A stretch of DNA of 64,000 nt, taken from assembly GCA_964559825.1 (NCBI GenBank), contig CAZLJK010000003.1:74858-138857 (forward strand). Reading direction: 5' to 3'. A program made the position numbers and the translations under genes. Shown in pieces: positions 21,626 through 31,275 of the stretch; the stretch's first letter is position 1; every line of letters starts with the position of its first letter. A model generated the notes under the pieces. The model did no database searches, had not been told where the DNA came from, and saw nothing but the letters and a program-made list of their open reading frames with translations. Origin of the DNA: an uncultured Sulfuricella sp. Its GTDB lineage: Bacteria > Pseudomonadota > Gammaproteobacteria > Burkholderiales > Sulfuricellaceae.

Positions 21626-23815
21626 TCAGCTGCGCCGCGCCCAAGCCACGCCGGGCACTTCCCGGATCAGGGTGAGGATGCGCGCAAGCTGATCGAGATC
21701 GGCGATCTGCACGGTAAAACGCATTCCCGCCTGAAGTCCCCGACTTAGCGTGCTTACCGCCGTGACGTTGATTTTCTCGCGCGTCATCACCTCGGAAACG
21801 TCGCGCAGCAGCCCCTGACGATCGTTCGCCTCGATCTCGATATCCACCTCGTAATAACCACCGCTCTTCGTCCCCCAACTGGCGGCGAGCAGCCGGGCGC
21901 GCTGGTTCTCATCGAAATGCAATACATTCGGGCAATCCTGGCGATGAATCGCCACCCCTCGACCGTGCGTTACGAAACCCACGATGGCATCCGGCGGCAC
22001 CGGCTTGCAGCATTTGGCAATGGTGGTGAGCAGTCCGCCTTCTCCATAGATCAGCACCCCGGATGAGGATGGCCCAAGTCCAGCCCGCGGCGCCGGCAGA
22101 TGCCATTCCTCTTCCTTCTCCTTCAACTCAACTTCTTCCTGCGCTGCAGCAGCCACCTGACGGGCGGTGATGTCGCCGCGCCCGATGGCGGCAAGCAAAT
22201 CCTCCGGCCTGGCAAAGCGGTTTTTCTGCGCCAGTGTTTCCAGATTGGGCAGGGGCAAGCCGAGGCGGTGGGTTTCCTTCTCCAGCGCCTCGCGTCCCTG
22301 AGCGACATTCTCCTCGTAGTGCTGGTGCTTGAACCAGTGGCGGATTTTCGCCTTGGCGCGCGAGGTCCTGACGTAGCCCAGGTTGGCGTTGAGCCAGTCG
22401 CGCGAAGGCCCGCCCTGCTTCACGGTGATGATCTCGACCCGCTGGCCGTTCTGCAACGGGTAGGTGAGCGGGACGATATTGCCGTCCACCTTGGCGCCGC
22501 GGCAGCGGTCACCCAGATCGGTGTGGACATGGTAGGCGAAGTCGATCGGGGTCGCGCCCTTGGGCAGCGCCACCACCTTGCCCTGCGGAGTAAGGATGTA
22601 AACCGTATCCTGGAACAGCCCGGTCTTGAACTGCTCCATCAGCTCGCCGGCATCGTGGACGTCCTCCTTCCACTCCATGATCTGGCGCAGCCAGGCGATC
22701 TTTTCCTCGAAGCCGGCATCTTGCCTGCCGCCTTCCTTGTAACGCCAGTGCGCAGCCACGCCCAATTCGGCGTGGTTGTGCATGTCGTGGGTGCGGATCT
22801 GCACCTCCAGCGCCTTGTCTTCCGGCCCGACCACGGCGGTATGCAGCGAGCGGTAGTCGTTGCCCTTGGGATGGGCGATATAATCGTCGAACTCGCCCGG
22901 AATCGGCTGCCACAGGCTGTGAACCACGCCCAATGCGGTGTAGCAGTCCTTGAGGTCGTTCACCAGCACCCGCACCGCGCGCACGTCGTAGACTTCGGAG
23001 AAGTCCACGCCCTTGCGCTTCATCTTCTTGTAAATGCTGTAGATGTGCTTGGGACGGCCGGACACCTCGGCAACCACACCGTTCTTGAGCAGCTCCTGCC
23101 GCAACTGCTCGCGCACGTCCGCAATATACTGCTCGCGGCCGAGGCGCTTCTCGTCCAGCAGCCGGGCGATTTTCTTGTAGAGATCGGGCTCGAGGTAGCG
23201 GAACGACAGGTCTTCCAGTTCCCACTTCACCTGCCACACGCCGAGGCGGTTCGCCAGCGGCGCAAAAATATCCTGCACCTCGCGCGCCACGAGGCGGCGC
23301 GTATCGTCGTCGGCATGCGCAAGCTCGCGCATGGCCTGGGTGCGCTCGGCCAGCTTGATCAGCACCACCCGGATATCCTCCACCATCGCCAGCAGCATTT
23401 TGCGCAGCGACTCGATATGCGCGCCCTGCTCGCGCTTGTCGCCACCTGCCGGCGCAGTGTATTCGCTGATCTGGCCCATGCGGGCGACGCCGTCGACCAA
23501 CTGGGCGATCCCATGACCGAAGATTGCCGCCACTTCGGCTAACTCATCCGGGCCGCGCTCTGCCGCTCCTTGCAGGATCGCGGCAATAATGCTTTCCTGG
23601 TCCAGGTTCTGATGCGCCAGGATAGCCGCCGTGCCCAGCGCATGACGCATGGATTCCGGATCTTCGACGGAAAGTCGCTGAGCAAACTCGCAGGCGTGCA
23701 GGAGGGTTTCCCGCTCTTGGGGGCCGAACTCTATGCCCAGTAAATCCAGCCAGGAACAAAAATCGGGTTGATCGCCGCCGGTCGGCAGCGCGTGAGAAGT
23801 GTGGACGGAAACCAT
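21626..23815 (-). CDS. relA: (p)ppGpp synthetase RelA
   Basis: Degenerate HD domain, GRPKHIYSIYKKM, YRSLHT, EVQIRT, TGS and ACT domains. Confidence 0.95.
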   Translation of the reverse strand: MVSVHTSHALPTGGDQPDFCSWLDLLGIEFGPQERETLLHACEFAQRLSVEDPESMRHALGTAAILAHQNLDQESIIAAILQGAAERGPDELAEVAAIFGHGIAQLVDGVARMGQISEYTAPAGGDKREQGAHIESLRKMLLAMVEDIRVVLIKLAERTQAMRELAHADDDTRRLVAREVQDIFAPLANRLGVWQVKWELEDLSFRYLEPDLYKKIARLLDEKRLGREQYIADVREQLRQELLKNGVVAEVSGRPKHIYSIYKKMKRKGVDFSEVYDVRAVRVLVNDLKDCYTALGVVHSLWQPIPGEFDDYIAHPKGNDYRSLHTAVVGPEDKALEVQIRTHDMHNHAELGVAAHWRYKEGGRQDAGFEEKIAWLRQIMEWKEDVHDAGELMEQFKTGLFQDTVYILTPQGKVVALPKGATPIDFAYHVHTDLGDRCRGAKVDGNIVPLTYPLQNGQRVEIITVKQGGPSRDWLNANLGYVRTSRAKAKIRHWFKHQHYEENVAQGREALEKETHRLGLPLPNLETLAQKNRFARPEDLLAAIGRGDITARQVAAAAQEEVELKEKEEEWHLPAPRAGLGPSSSGVLIYGEGGLLTTIAKCCKPVPPDAIVGFVTHGRGVAIHRQDCPNVLHFDENQRARLLAASWGTKSGGYYEVDIEIEANDRQGLLRDVSEVMTREKINVTAVSTLSRGLQAGMRFTVQIADLDQLARILTLIREVPGVAWARRS

Positions 23816-23895
23816 GGCGAAATAATAGCAGACTTGGCCAGAAATGCCGGGTTCTTATCCCCCCGCATCTTTACCTTCACCCCACGAAAAATCCG

Positions 23896-24300
23896 CTAAC
23901 CTTTCAGCGCCCGCCGTGTCTGTGCGATCACCTCCTCGGCCGTAGCCGAATCCATGACAAAGGGGTTCTTGCGCGCAACCGAACGAAGACGGGTCACTCT
24001 AGGGCTGATCACTTCCAGTTCAAGTTCGATGGAACGCCCAGAACTTTTGGCATTAATCGTTTCAAAAATTCCGTTTTTCTCTGTCGATTCGACCTTGATC
24101 GACATCCGGTTCAGCGCCACCAATGCGGCCTGTTTGACGCGCGGCAAGGTTTCTGAAAAAGTGTGGTACGTGTAGCCATTCACGGTGTGGTTGAGGCCGG
24201 CACCGGCACCGACCCCCAATGCAGTCAATGACAAGGGATCGCAACCGGTCAAGGTTGTCAGCGAAGCAAACAATAAAGCACTGCAGACTGGCCTCATCAT
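23896..24300 (-). CDS. Lipoprotein, DUF3568-like
   Basis: Lipobox LTGC followed by ALGVGAGAG; family assignment from memory of the sequence pattern. Confidence 0.6.
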   Translation of the reverse strand: MMRPVCSALLFASLTTLTGCDPLSLTALGVGAGAGLNHTVNGYTYHTFSETLPRVKQAALVALNRMSIKVESTEKNGIFETINAKSSGRSIELELEVISPRVTRLRSVARKNPFVMDSATAEEVIAQTRRALKG

Positions 24301-24395
24301 TACTCCAATTCAAAATACGGGGATTTGATGGTAGCCCGCAATCCGATGACCGACCAGTTAACGATAGTTAACCTGAAGCTCATTCGCGGAATCAC

Positions 24396-26741
24396 TCAAT
24401 TGCCGCTTTGCCAGTAACGCCGTCGTTCCTGGCGCCAGGTTTGCAGCCTGACTCCTTCCTCCTTCGCAAAGCGCAGCAGTATGGCACCATCGATATCCGA
24501 GCGGTACAACCGGCTACCCAGCGTCCGATAGCGCTCCACCACCTCCGGCTTGGGATGGCCGAAAGAATTGCGGTAACCGGCGGTGAAAACCACGATGGAC
24601 GGATTCACCTGGCGAATGAACGCCTCGGTGGAAGAAGTCTTGCTGCCGTGGTGCGGCGCCACCAAAAGTGTCGCGGCCAAGGCATCGGCGGAGCGCGCGA
24701 GGATTTCCGCTTCCGATTCGCGCTCGATGTCGGCAGGCAACAGTACGCTGCCGTAGGGCGAGGTGATTTTCAGCGTGCAGCTGCGGGCGTTTTTCCTGAG
24801 GCGCTGGTCGGCATAGCTTTCCCAGACCGGGTGCAGCATCTCGAAGCGCACCCCGTCCCATTCCCAGGACTGGCCGGCGAAGCAGGGCAGCGACTTTCGA
24901 GCATGGGGCAGGATAGCGCTATCGGCTGGCAATGACGAAGCAAGCCAGCCGACTGGAACCGCATCCAGCACCGACGCCGCCCCGCCGCTGTGGTCGCTGT
25001 CGTCGTGGGTCACGATCAGCCCGTCGAGCCGCTTGATGCCGGCGGCGCGCAGATAGGGCACCACGATGCGGCTGCCGCTGTCGGCATCGGCGGTATAGCG
25101 CGGTCCGGTATCGTAGAGCAGCGCATGGTTTTGGGTCTGCACCACGACCGCCAGTCCCTGTCCGACATCCAGCACACTAAGCCACAAATCGCCCTGCGCG
25201 GGCTGTGGCGGCAGCACCAGGAACATCGGCAAAAATCCCGCCGCACCCAGCCAGCGCGCCGGGAAACCGCGCGGCAGCAGCAGCCAGAGGATGCCCAGCG
25301 CCGCCGCCAGCACTGTCCACACTGGCGGCGCGTGCTGCTGCCACACCGCGTCCGGCATCTGACTCAGCCATTCCAGTGCGGCCATGCACCACGCCATCAC
25401 CTGATGCGCCAGCAGAAGCGGAAAATCGAGCGGCAGAATCGCTCCCGCCAAGGTCAGCGGCACCACCACCAGGCTGATCACCGGGATGGCGAAGGCATTG
25501 GCCAGCGGCGAAACGATGGAGACCTGCTGGAACATCAGCAGCAAAGCCGGAATCAAACCGAGCGTCACCGCCCACTGCACGCGAGCCCACTGGTGCAACC
25601 AGTGCGGTCTGCCGATGCGGCCCACGCCCACATAGAGAATCACCGCCACGGCGCCGAAAGACAGCCAGAAACCCGGCGCCAACACTGCCCACGGGTCAGG
25701 CACGACTACCACCAGCAAGGCCAGCGCCAGCACCGACGAAGCCGAGCTGGCGCGCCCCAGCCACAGCGCCACGGCCACCACGGACAACATGTAAAGGGTG
25801 CGCTGGGTCGGCACGCCGAAACCCGACAGCAGCGCATAGAGCAAGGCCGCCAAGGCACCCGCCACGGCCGCCGCCTTGCGCGCCGGCAGGCGCAGGGTGA
25901 GCCTCTGGCTGCGCCGCCACAGGCCATACGCCAATGCGAAGACCAGGCTAGAGATCAGGGTGACGTGCAGCCCGGAGATGCTCATCAGATGGTTGACCCC
26001 GGTGCGCAGGAACACCTTCCATAGCGCCGGGGAAATTGCGCTCTGTTCGCCCACCGCCAGCGCCTTGAGCACACCGGCGTAGGGCCGCTCGCCCAGCACC
26101 GCCTGGAACCGCCGGGCCACCCGCTCGCGCAGCATTTCGACGATATAGCCGGGACGATAGACCTGCTCTGCCAGGCGGCGGTTGCCCTCCTCCTGGCGCA
26201 CGTAGCCGGAGGCGCGGATGTTGCGCTCCAGCAGCCACGCCTCGAAATCGAAACCATTCGGATTGGCGTTGCCGTGCGGGCGCTTGAGACGCACCGTCAG
26301 TTGCCAGCGCTCGCCGGCATGAAAAACGGGCGGCGCGACGCCGGATGATTTCTGGCGGAAACCCTCGCTATAGGCCGTGAGCTGGATGCGCTGGGGCACC
26401 GCCGCTTCCCGGGTTTTCACGCGCTCGACGTCGAACGTAAAGCGCAGCCCGCGTTCGGTTTCCACCGGCAGGCTCGCCACCACGCCGATCACCTGGATGT
26501 CGCGCCCTTCCCAGACGGAAGGCAGCGCATCGGCCAGCCGCGCATGGGCCATGAAGGCGGCCCAGAAGAAACCGAGCCCGAGAAAAAACACCTTGGCCAG
26601 CAGCTCACGCGGCGTCGCCGGAAAGAAACGTCCTGCCAGCCACATAGGCAGCAACAGACCAAGCCACGCCAAGCCCGGCAACGCCGCCTGCTGCTGCAGC
26701 AGCCAGATACCCAGGATAAAGGCGAGAATATGGGTGCGCAT
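24396..26741 (-). CDS. comEC: DNA internalization competence protein ComEC/Rec2
   Basis: GVNHLMSISGLHV, GFWLSF, LDVGQGLA, THDDSDHSGG, PHHGSKTSS. Confidence 0.95.
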   Translation of the reverse strand: MRTHILAFILGIWLLQQQAALPGLAWLGLLLPMWLAGRFFPATPRELLAKVFFLGLGFFWAAFMAHARLADALPSVWEGRDIQVIGVVASLPVETERGLRFTFDVERVKTREAAVPQRIQLTAYSEGFRQKSSGVAPPVFHAGERWQLTVRLKRPHGNANPNGFDFEAWLLERNIRASGYVRQEEGNRRLAEQVYRPGYIVEMLRERVARRFQAVLGERPYAGVLKALAVGEQSAISPALWKVFLRTGVNHLMSISGLHVTLISSLVFALAYGLWRRSQRLTLRLPARKAAAVAGALAALLYALLSGFGVPTQRTLYMLSVVAVALWLGRASSASSVLALALLVVVVPDPWAVLAPGFWLSFGAVAVILYVGVGRIGRPHWLHQWARVQWAVTLGLIPALLLMFQQVSIVSPLANAFAIPVISLVVVPLTLAGAILPLDFPLLLAHQVMAWCMAALEWLSQMPDAVWQQHAPPVWTVLAAALGILWLLLPRGFPARWLGAAGFLPMFLVLPPQPAQGDLWLSVLDVGQGLAVVVQTQNHALLYDTGPRYTADADSGSRIVVPYLRAAGIKRLDGLIVTHDDSDHSGGAASVLDAVPVGWLASSLPADSAILPHARKSLPCFAGQSWEWDGVRFEMLHPVWESYADQRLRKNARSCTLKITSPYGSVLLPADIERESEAEILARSADALAATLLVAPHHGSKTSSTEAFIRQVNPSIVVFTAGYRNSFGHPKPEVVERYRTLGSRLYRSDIDGAILLRFAKEEGVRLQTWRQERRRYWQSGN

Positions 26742-26752
26742 GATCTAAAGCC

Positions 26753-26835
26753 AGGCGAGGGGCAATCGGCCAGAGGCTAGGGGCGTTGCCGCTGCGCGGT
26801 TTTTCCTATAGCCCATCGCCTATTACCTCTCGCCT
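26753..26835. repeat. Degenerate heptamer-armed palindromic element (copy D)
   Basis: AGGCGAGGGGCAA...GAGGCTAGGGGC left arm; TAGCCCATCGCCTATTACCTCTCGCCT right arm; small central CCGC-TGC-GCGG hairpin. Confidence 0.6.
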
Positions 26836-26848
26836 GCTATCATTTACC

Positions 26849-27394
26849 ATGCCGCGAAAAATCCTGAGGAAGTTTCTGCCCAGCGCCCACAGCATGAGGG
26901 AGCACAGGCACCTGCGCCACTTTGGTCCGCTGCTGCGCCATCCCAACCTGTGGCACCTGAACCGCCACTCTGTCGCTGGCGGCGTGGCGGTAGGGCTATT
27001 CACCGGGCTGATTCCGGGGCCGGTGCAGATGTTGTTCGCGGCAATTTTCGCTGTCGTGTTCCGCGTCAACCTGCCGGTGGCGGTGTTCACCACTTTCTAC
27101 ACCAATCCGCTCACCTTCGTCCCGCTCTATCTGCTCGCTTACAAAATCGGCGTAGTCGTGACCGGTCGGAGCGACGGCACGCACAACCTCTATACTGAAT
27201 TCCAGGCAGAAAGCCTGGCTGACTGGCCGCTCGCCTTCTTCAACTGGCTGGGCTCGCTCGGCTTACCGCTACTGGTTGGGGTTCCCATCCTCGGTGCGAT
27301 CTTTTCGGTAAGCGGTTATTTCCTGGTGCGCGGGCTGTGGCGGCTGCATGTCGTGATCAGTTGGCGACGACGGCAAAGGCAAAAGAAGAACTGA
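26849..27394 (+). CDS. DUF2062-family membrane protein
   Basis: LWHLNRHSVAGGVAVGLF, RVNLPVA, TNPLT; typical neighbour of comEC/lolD. Confidence 0.85.
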   Translation: MPRKILRKFLPSAHSMREHRHLRHFGPLLRHPNLWHLNRHSVAGGVAVGLFTGLIPGPVQMLFAAIFAVVFRVNLPVAVFTTFYTNPLTFVPLYLLAYKIGVVVTGRSDGTHNLYTEFQAESLADWPLAFFNWLGSLGLPLLVGVPILGAIFSVSGYFLVRGLWRLHVVISWRRRQRQKKN

Positions 27395-27406
27395 GTAAAA
27401 CCACGC

Positions 27407-28087
27407 TCAGGACTCCGCACTCAGCACTCCGTCAACCAGACGGAGTACACGCTGCGTCCGCGCTGCCAGTTCCGGATCATGGGTGACGATGATGAAGCTG
27501 GTGCCCAGCTCTCGATTCAGTTCCAGCATCAGGTCGAACACCCCTTCCGCGGTATGCCGGTCCAGATTCCCGGTCGGCTCGTCCGCCAGCACGCAAGCCG
27601 GACGCGTCACCAAGGCACGGGCCACGGCGGCGCGCTGGCGTTCGCCGCCGGAAAGCTCGCCGGGGGTGTGGCCGAGGCGATGTCCCAAACCCACCTGCTT
27701 GAGCATCTCGGCCGCTTGCGCATAGGCGGCCTCCGGCTTCATGCGCCGGATCAAAAGCGGCATGGCGACGTTTTCCAGCGCGGAAAACTCCGGCAGCAGA
27801 TGATGGAACTGGTAGATGAAGCCGAGGGACCGGTTGCGCAGGCTGCTGCGTTCGGACTCGCCCAGCTTATGGACGTTTCGCCCCATGATGGCAATCTCGC
27901 CCGAGGTAGCATCGTCCAGACCGCCCAGCAAATGCAGTAGCGTGCTTTTGCCGGAGCCTGACGTACCGACAATCGCCACCCGCTCACCCCGTGCGATTTC
28001 CAGGTTCACGCCGAGCAGCACCGGCACTTCGACCTTGCCCTGATAGAAAACCTTGTGCAGATTGGAACAGGAAAGCACGCTACTCAT
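27407..28087 (-). CDS. lolD: Lipoprotein-releasing ABC ATPase LolD
   Basis: [40 protein letters not shown]. Confidence 0.96.
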   Translation of the reverse strand: MSSVLSCSNLHKVFYQGKVEVPVLLGVNLEIARGERVAIVGTSGSGKSTLLHLLGGLDDATSGEIAIMGRNVHKLGESERSSLRNRSLGFIYQFHHLLPEFSALENVAMPLLIRRMKPEAAYAQAAEMLKQVGLGHRLGHTPGELSGGERQRAAVARALVTRPACVLADEPTGNLDRHTAEGVFDLMLELNRELGTSFIIVTHDPELAARTQRVLRLVDGVLSAES

Positions 28088-29324
28088 ATCTCAACGCCTC
28101 CGCCGGGTTGGTCTTGGAAGCACGCCAGCTGGGGTAGAGCGTCGCCAGCAGGGTGAGCACGAACGACACGGCGGCGATCACTCCGACATCGCGGCTTTGC
28201 AGGTCGGAAGGCAGTTCGCTGATGTAATACACATCCTTGGCGAGAAAATGCACGCCGAACAGCCGCTCAATGGCCGGCACCACCACGTCGATGTTCAAGG
28301 CCAGCACCACACCACCAGCCACGCCGATCAGCGTCCCGATCACCCCGATCAGGGTGCCCTGGACGATAAATATTTTCATGATGCTCGCGGGCGAGGCGCC
28401 GAGAGTGCGCAGGATGGCGATGTCGGCCTGCTTGTCGGTGACCGCCATCACCAGGGTGGAGACGATGTTGAATGCCGCCACCGCCACGATCAGCAGCAGG
28501 ATGATGAACATCACGTTCTTTTCGATCTGGATGGCGCGGAAGAAATTGGCGTGCTGCCGCGTCCAGTCGCTGATATAGATGTCGTCGCCGAAGCGGGCGG
28601 ACAATTCCCGCGCCACCTGCGGCGCCTGGTTCATGTCCGCGAGTTTGAGCCGCACGCCGGAAATGCGGTTGCCCATGCTGTACAGCCGGGCTGCGTCATC
28701 CATGTGAACCAGCGCCAGCCCAGCATCGAATTCGTACATGCCGGCCTCGAAAATCCCGACCACGCTGAACTGCTTCACCCGTGGCATGATGCCGGCCGGC
28801 GTGACTCGCCCCTGCGGCGCAATCAGCACCACCTTGTCGCCGGTCGAGACCGACAAGGTTCGCGCCAGTTCTGCCCCTAGCACAATGCCGAACTCGCCGG
28901 AGCGCAAGGCATCCAGACGGCCCACTTTCATCTTGTCTGCCAGCTCGGACACCTGCGCCTCGCGGTCAGGCAGAATGCCGCGCACCACCGCCCCCTGCAC
29001 GGTCTGATCGTAGGACAGCAGCCCCTGCGCCATGACGTAGGGCGCCGTGCCGACCACCTCGGGGTGCTGCGCCGCCACCCCGGCAACGCTTTGCCAATCG
29101 GCCAGGGTATTGTTCGCGCCGCTGATCTGGGCATGCGCCGCCACGCCCAGAATGCGGGTGCGCAGCTCCTTCTGGAAGCCGTTCATCACGGAAAGCACCA
29201 CGATCAGCGCCGCCACGCCGAGCGCGATGCCCAGCATGGAAACCAGGGAAATGAAGGAAATGAAGTGGTTGCGCCGCTTGGCGCGGGTGTAACGCAGGCC
29301 GACGAAGAGTTCGAAAGGTTGCAC
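28080..29324 (-). CDS. lolC: Lipoprotein-releasing permease LolC/E
   Basis: [43 protein letters not shown]. Confidence 0.95.
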   Translation of the reverse strand: MQPFELFVGLRYTRAKRRNHFISFISLVSMLGIALGVAALIVVLSVMNGFQKELRTRILGVAAHAQISGANNTLADWQSVAGVAAQHPEVVGTAPYVMAQGLLSYDQTVQGAVVRGILPDREAQVSELADKMKVGRLDALRSGEFGIVLGAELARTLSVSTGDKVVLIAPQGRVTPAGIMPRVKQFSVVGIFEAGMYEFDAGLALVHMDDAARLYSMGNRISGVRLKLADMNQAPQVARELSARFGDDIYISDWTRQHANFFRAIQIEKNVMFIILLLIVAVAAFNIVSTLVMAVTDKQADIAILRTLGASPASIMKIFIVQGTLIGVIGTLIGVAGGVVLALNIDVVVPAIERLFGVHFLAKDVYYISELPSDLQSRDVGVIAAVSFVLTLLATLYPSWRASKTNPAEALRYE

Positions 29325-29402
29325 AGGAAGTAATCAGCCGGAAAAAAACGCTAGTTTGACAGTTAAGCGTTCATCTGTCAGCTGTGGGCATGCGCATGAC
29401 GG

Positions 29403-30695
29403 CTATCTCTCCGCCATGTGGAAACTGTTCCGCCCCTTTTGCTTGGCCAGATACATGGCCTCGTCCGCTTTCTTGATCAGAGCCTGGGCTTCGTCGCCGT
29501 CCTTGGGGTACAGGCTGATGCCGATGCTGGCCTTGACGTCCAGCTCGTGCCCGGCCACCAGCGAGGGTAACGCGAAAGCCTGAACGACTTTCTGGGCAAA
29601 CAGCTGGGCATTGTGCGCCGACTTGATCTTGAGCAGGATCAAAACGAACTCGTCGCCGCCAAAACGGGAAAGGGTATCGCCTTGGCGAATGCATTTCTGA
29701 AGGCGTGCGGCGACATCCTGCAACAACTGGTCCCCGACGTCGTGGCCCAAGGTGTCGTTGACATCCTTGAAGTGATCGAGATCGAGGAACATCACCGCCA
29801 GAACTTCGCCCTCACGCCGCGCCTGGAGCAATGCCATGGCAAGCCGGTCATGGAACAGGCGCCGGTTGGGGAGGCAGGTCAGGGTATCGTGATAGGCCTG
29901 ATAGCGGATCTCGTCTTCATGCCGCTTGCGTTCGGTGATATCGAAAAACACCGAGACGAAATGGGATATCCGCCCCTCCTCATTCTTCACCGCGGAAATG
30001 GTCTGCCACATCATGAAGGCATTGCCGGACTTGGCGGCATTCCAGATTTCCCCCTTCCACTGGCCGGACGTCAGCAGCTCATCCCACATGTTCCGGTAAA
30101 AATCCGGATTATGGAAAGTTGAGCGCAGGATGTTGGGTTTCTTGCCCAACACTTCTTCTTCGCTGTAGCCGGTGATGGCGGTGAACGCCGGGTTGATGGA
30201 CAGGATGCACGCATCGGCGTCAGTCACCATCACGCCTTCGAGCACGTTGTCGAACACCTTGGCGGCGAGGCGCTGCTTTTCTTCCGCCAGCTGCGCCTCG
30301 CGCTCCAGCGCACCGATGCGCATGGCGTTGCGTAGCGCCTGGCCGAGGCTTTCAGGCGACATCCGCGCCTTGCTCAGGTAGTCGGTTGCGCCCGCCCGCA
30401 TCAGCTCGACAGCCAAGTGTTCATCGCCCTGGCCGGTCAGCATCACCACCGGCGTAATGTTTCCCGCCTCGCGCAGCTGGCGCAGCACCTCCAGCCCGTT
30501 GGTCTTGCCCAGCATGTAATCGAGCAGAATGACATCCACCACTTCGGTATCCACGCGTTCAAGCAATTGACCCGGCTGGGACAGCGACACCAGTTCGACC
30601 CGGTATTGGGTCAGCATTTCGAGTAGTCGTCTCAACAGCTCGATATCGACCTCGTCATCGTCCAGGGCCATCACGCGCAAACAGGGAATACCCAT
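29403..30695 (-). CDS. REC-PAS-GGDEF diguanylate cyclase
   Basis: REC (LDDDE, DVILLDY), PAS (GKKPNILRS...WKGEIWN), intact GGDEF with RQGD I-site. Confidence 0.92.
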   Translation of the reverse strand: MGIPCLRVMALDDDEVDIELLRRLLEMLTQYRVELVSLSQPGQLLERVDTEVVDVILLDYMLGKTNGLEVLRQLREAGNITPVVMLTGQGDEHLAVELMRAGATDYLSKARMSPESLGQALRNAMRIGALEREAQLAEEKQRLAAKVFDNVLEGVMVTDADACILSINPAFTAITGYSEEEVLGKKPNILRSTFHNPDFYRNMWDELLTSGQWKGEIWNAAKSGNAFMMWQTISAVKNEEGRISHFVSVFFDITERKRHEDEIRYQAYHDTLTCLPNRRLFHDRLAMALLQARREGEVLAVMFLDLDHFKDVNDTLGHDVGDQLLQDVAARLQKCIRQGDTLSRFGGDEFVLILLKIKSAHNAQLFAQKVVQAFALPSLVAGHELDVKASIGISLYPKDGDEAQALIKKADEAMYLAKQKGRNSFHMAER

Positions 30696-30696
30696 T

Positions 30697-31149
30697 TCAG
30701 TTCTCCAGCGGGGGGAGTTCGACCACGTTGAACCAGTAGTTTTCCAGCGCATGTACCAATTTCATGATCTGCTCGACCGACGCCGGCTTGACCACGTAGG
30801 AATTGGCCCCTGCGTCGTAGCACTGCGCGATGTCGTTATCCTGCCGCGAGGTGGTCAGCACCACCACCGGAATGCGGCGCAATTTCGGGTCGGCCTTGAT
30901 GCGGGCCAGAAACTCACGTCCGTCGAGCCGCGGCAGGTTCAGGTCGAGCAGGATCAGGTCGGGGAGGGGAAACCCCTTGCCTTCGGCGTAGCGTCCGCGG
31001 CGATAGAGATAATCCAGCGCATCCTCGCCGTCTTTTACCACGTAGAGTTCTTTCTTGATGTTCCCGCTCGACAGCGCGCGGCGGATGAGTTCCTGATCCC
31101 CCGCCTCGTCCTCCACCAGCAAAATCGCTGCCGTCCGTTCTGTTTTCAT
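30697..31149 (-). CDS. Single-domain response regulator (Rcp1-like)
   Basis: ILLVEDE...LPDLILLDLNLPRLDG...IPVVVLTTS...GANSYVVKP. Confidence 0.92.
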   Translation of the reverse strand: MKTERTAAILLVEDEAGDQELIRRALSSGNIKKELYVVKDGEDALDYLYRRGRYAEGKGFPLPDLILLDLNLPRLDGREFLARIKADPKLRRIPVVVLTTSRQDNDIAQCYDAGANSYVVKPASVEQIMKLVHALENYWFNVVELPPLEN

Positions 31150-31275
31150 TGTATCCCGCCCATTATTCCAACAAATCTGTGGGTACGGCTTGAATCGCCC
31201 AGGATAATGCCCGACCCACGACAACCGCTCTATCCGCTCGGATAATATTGCCAGCTTATCAAAAAAAACCCACTG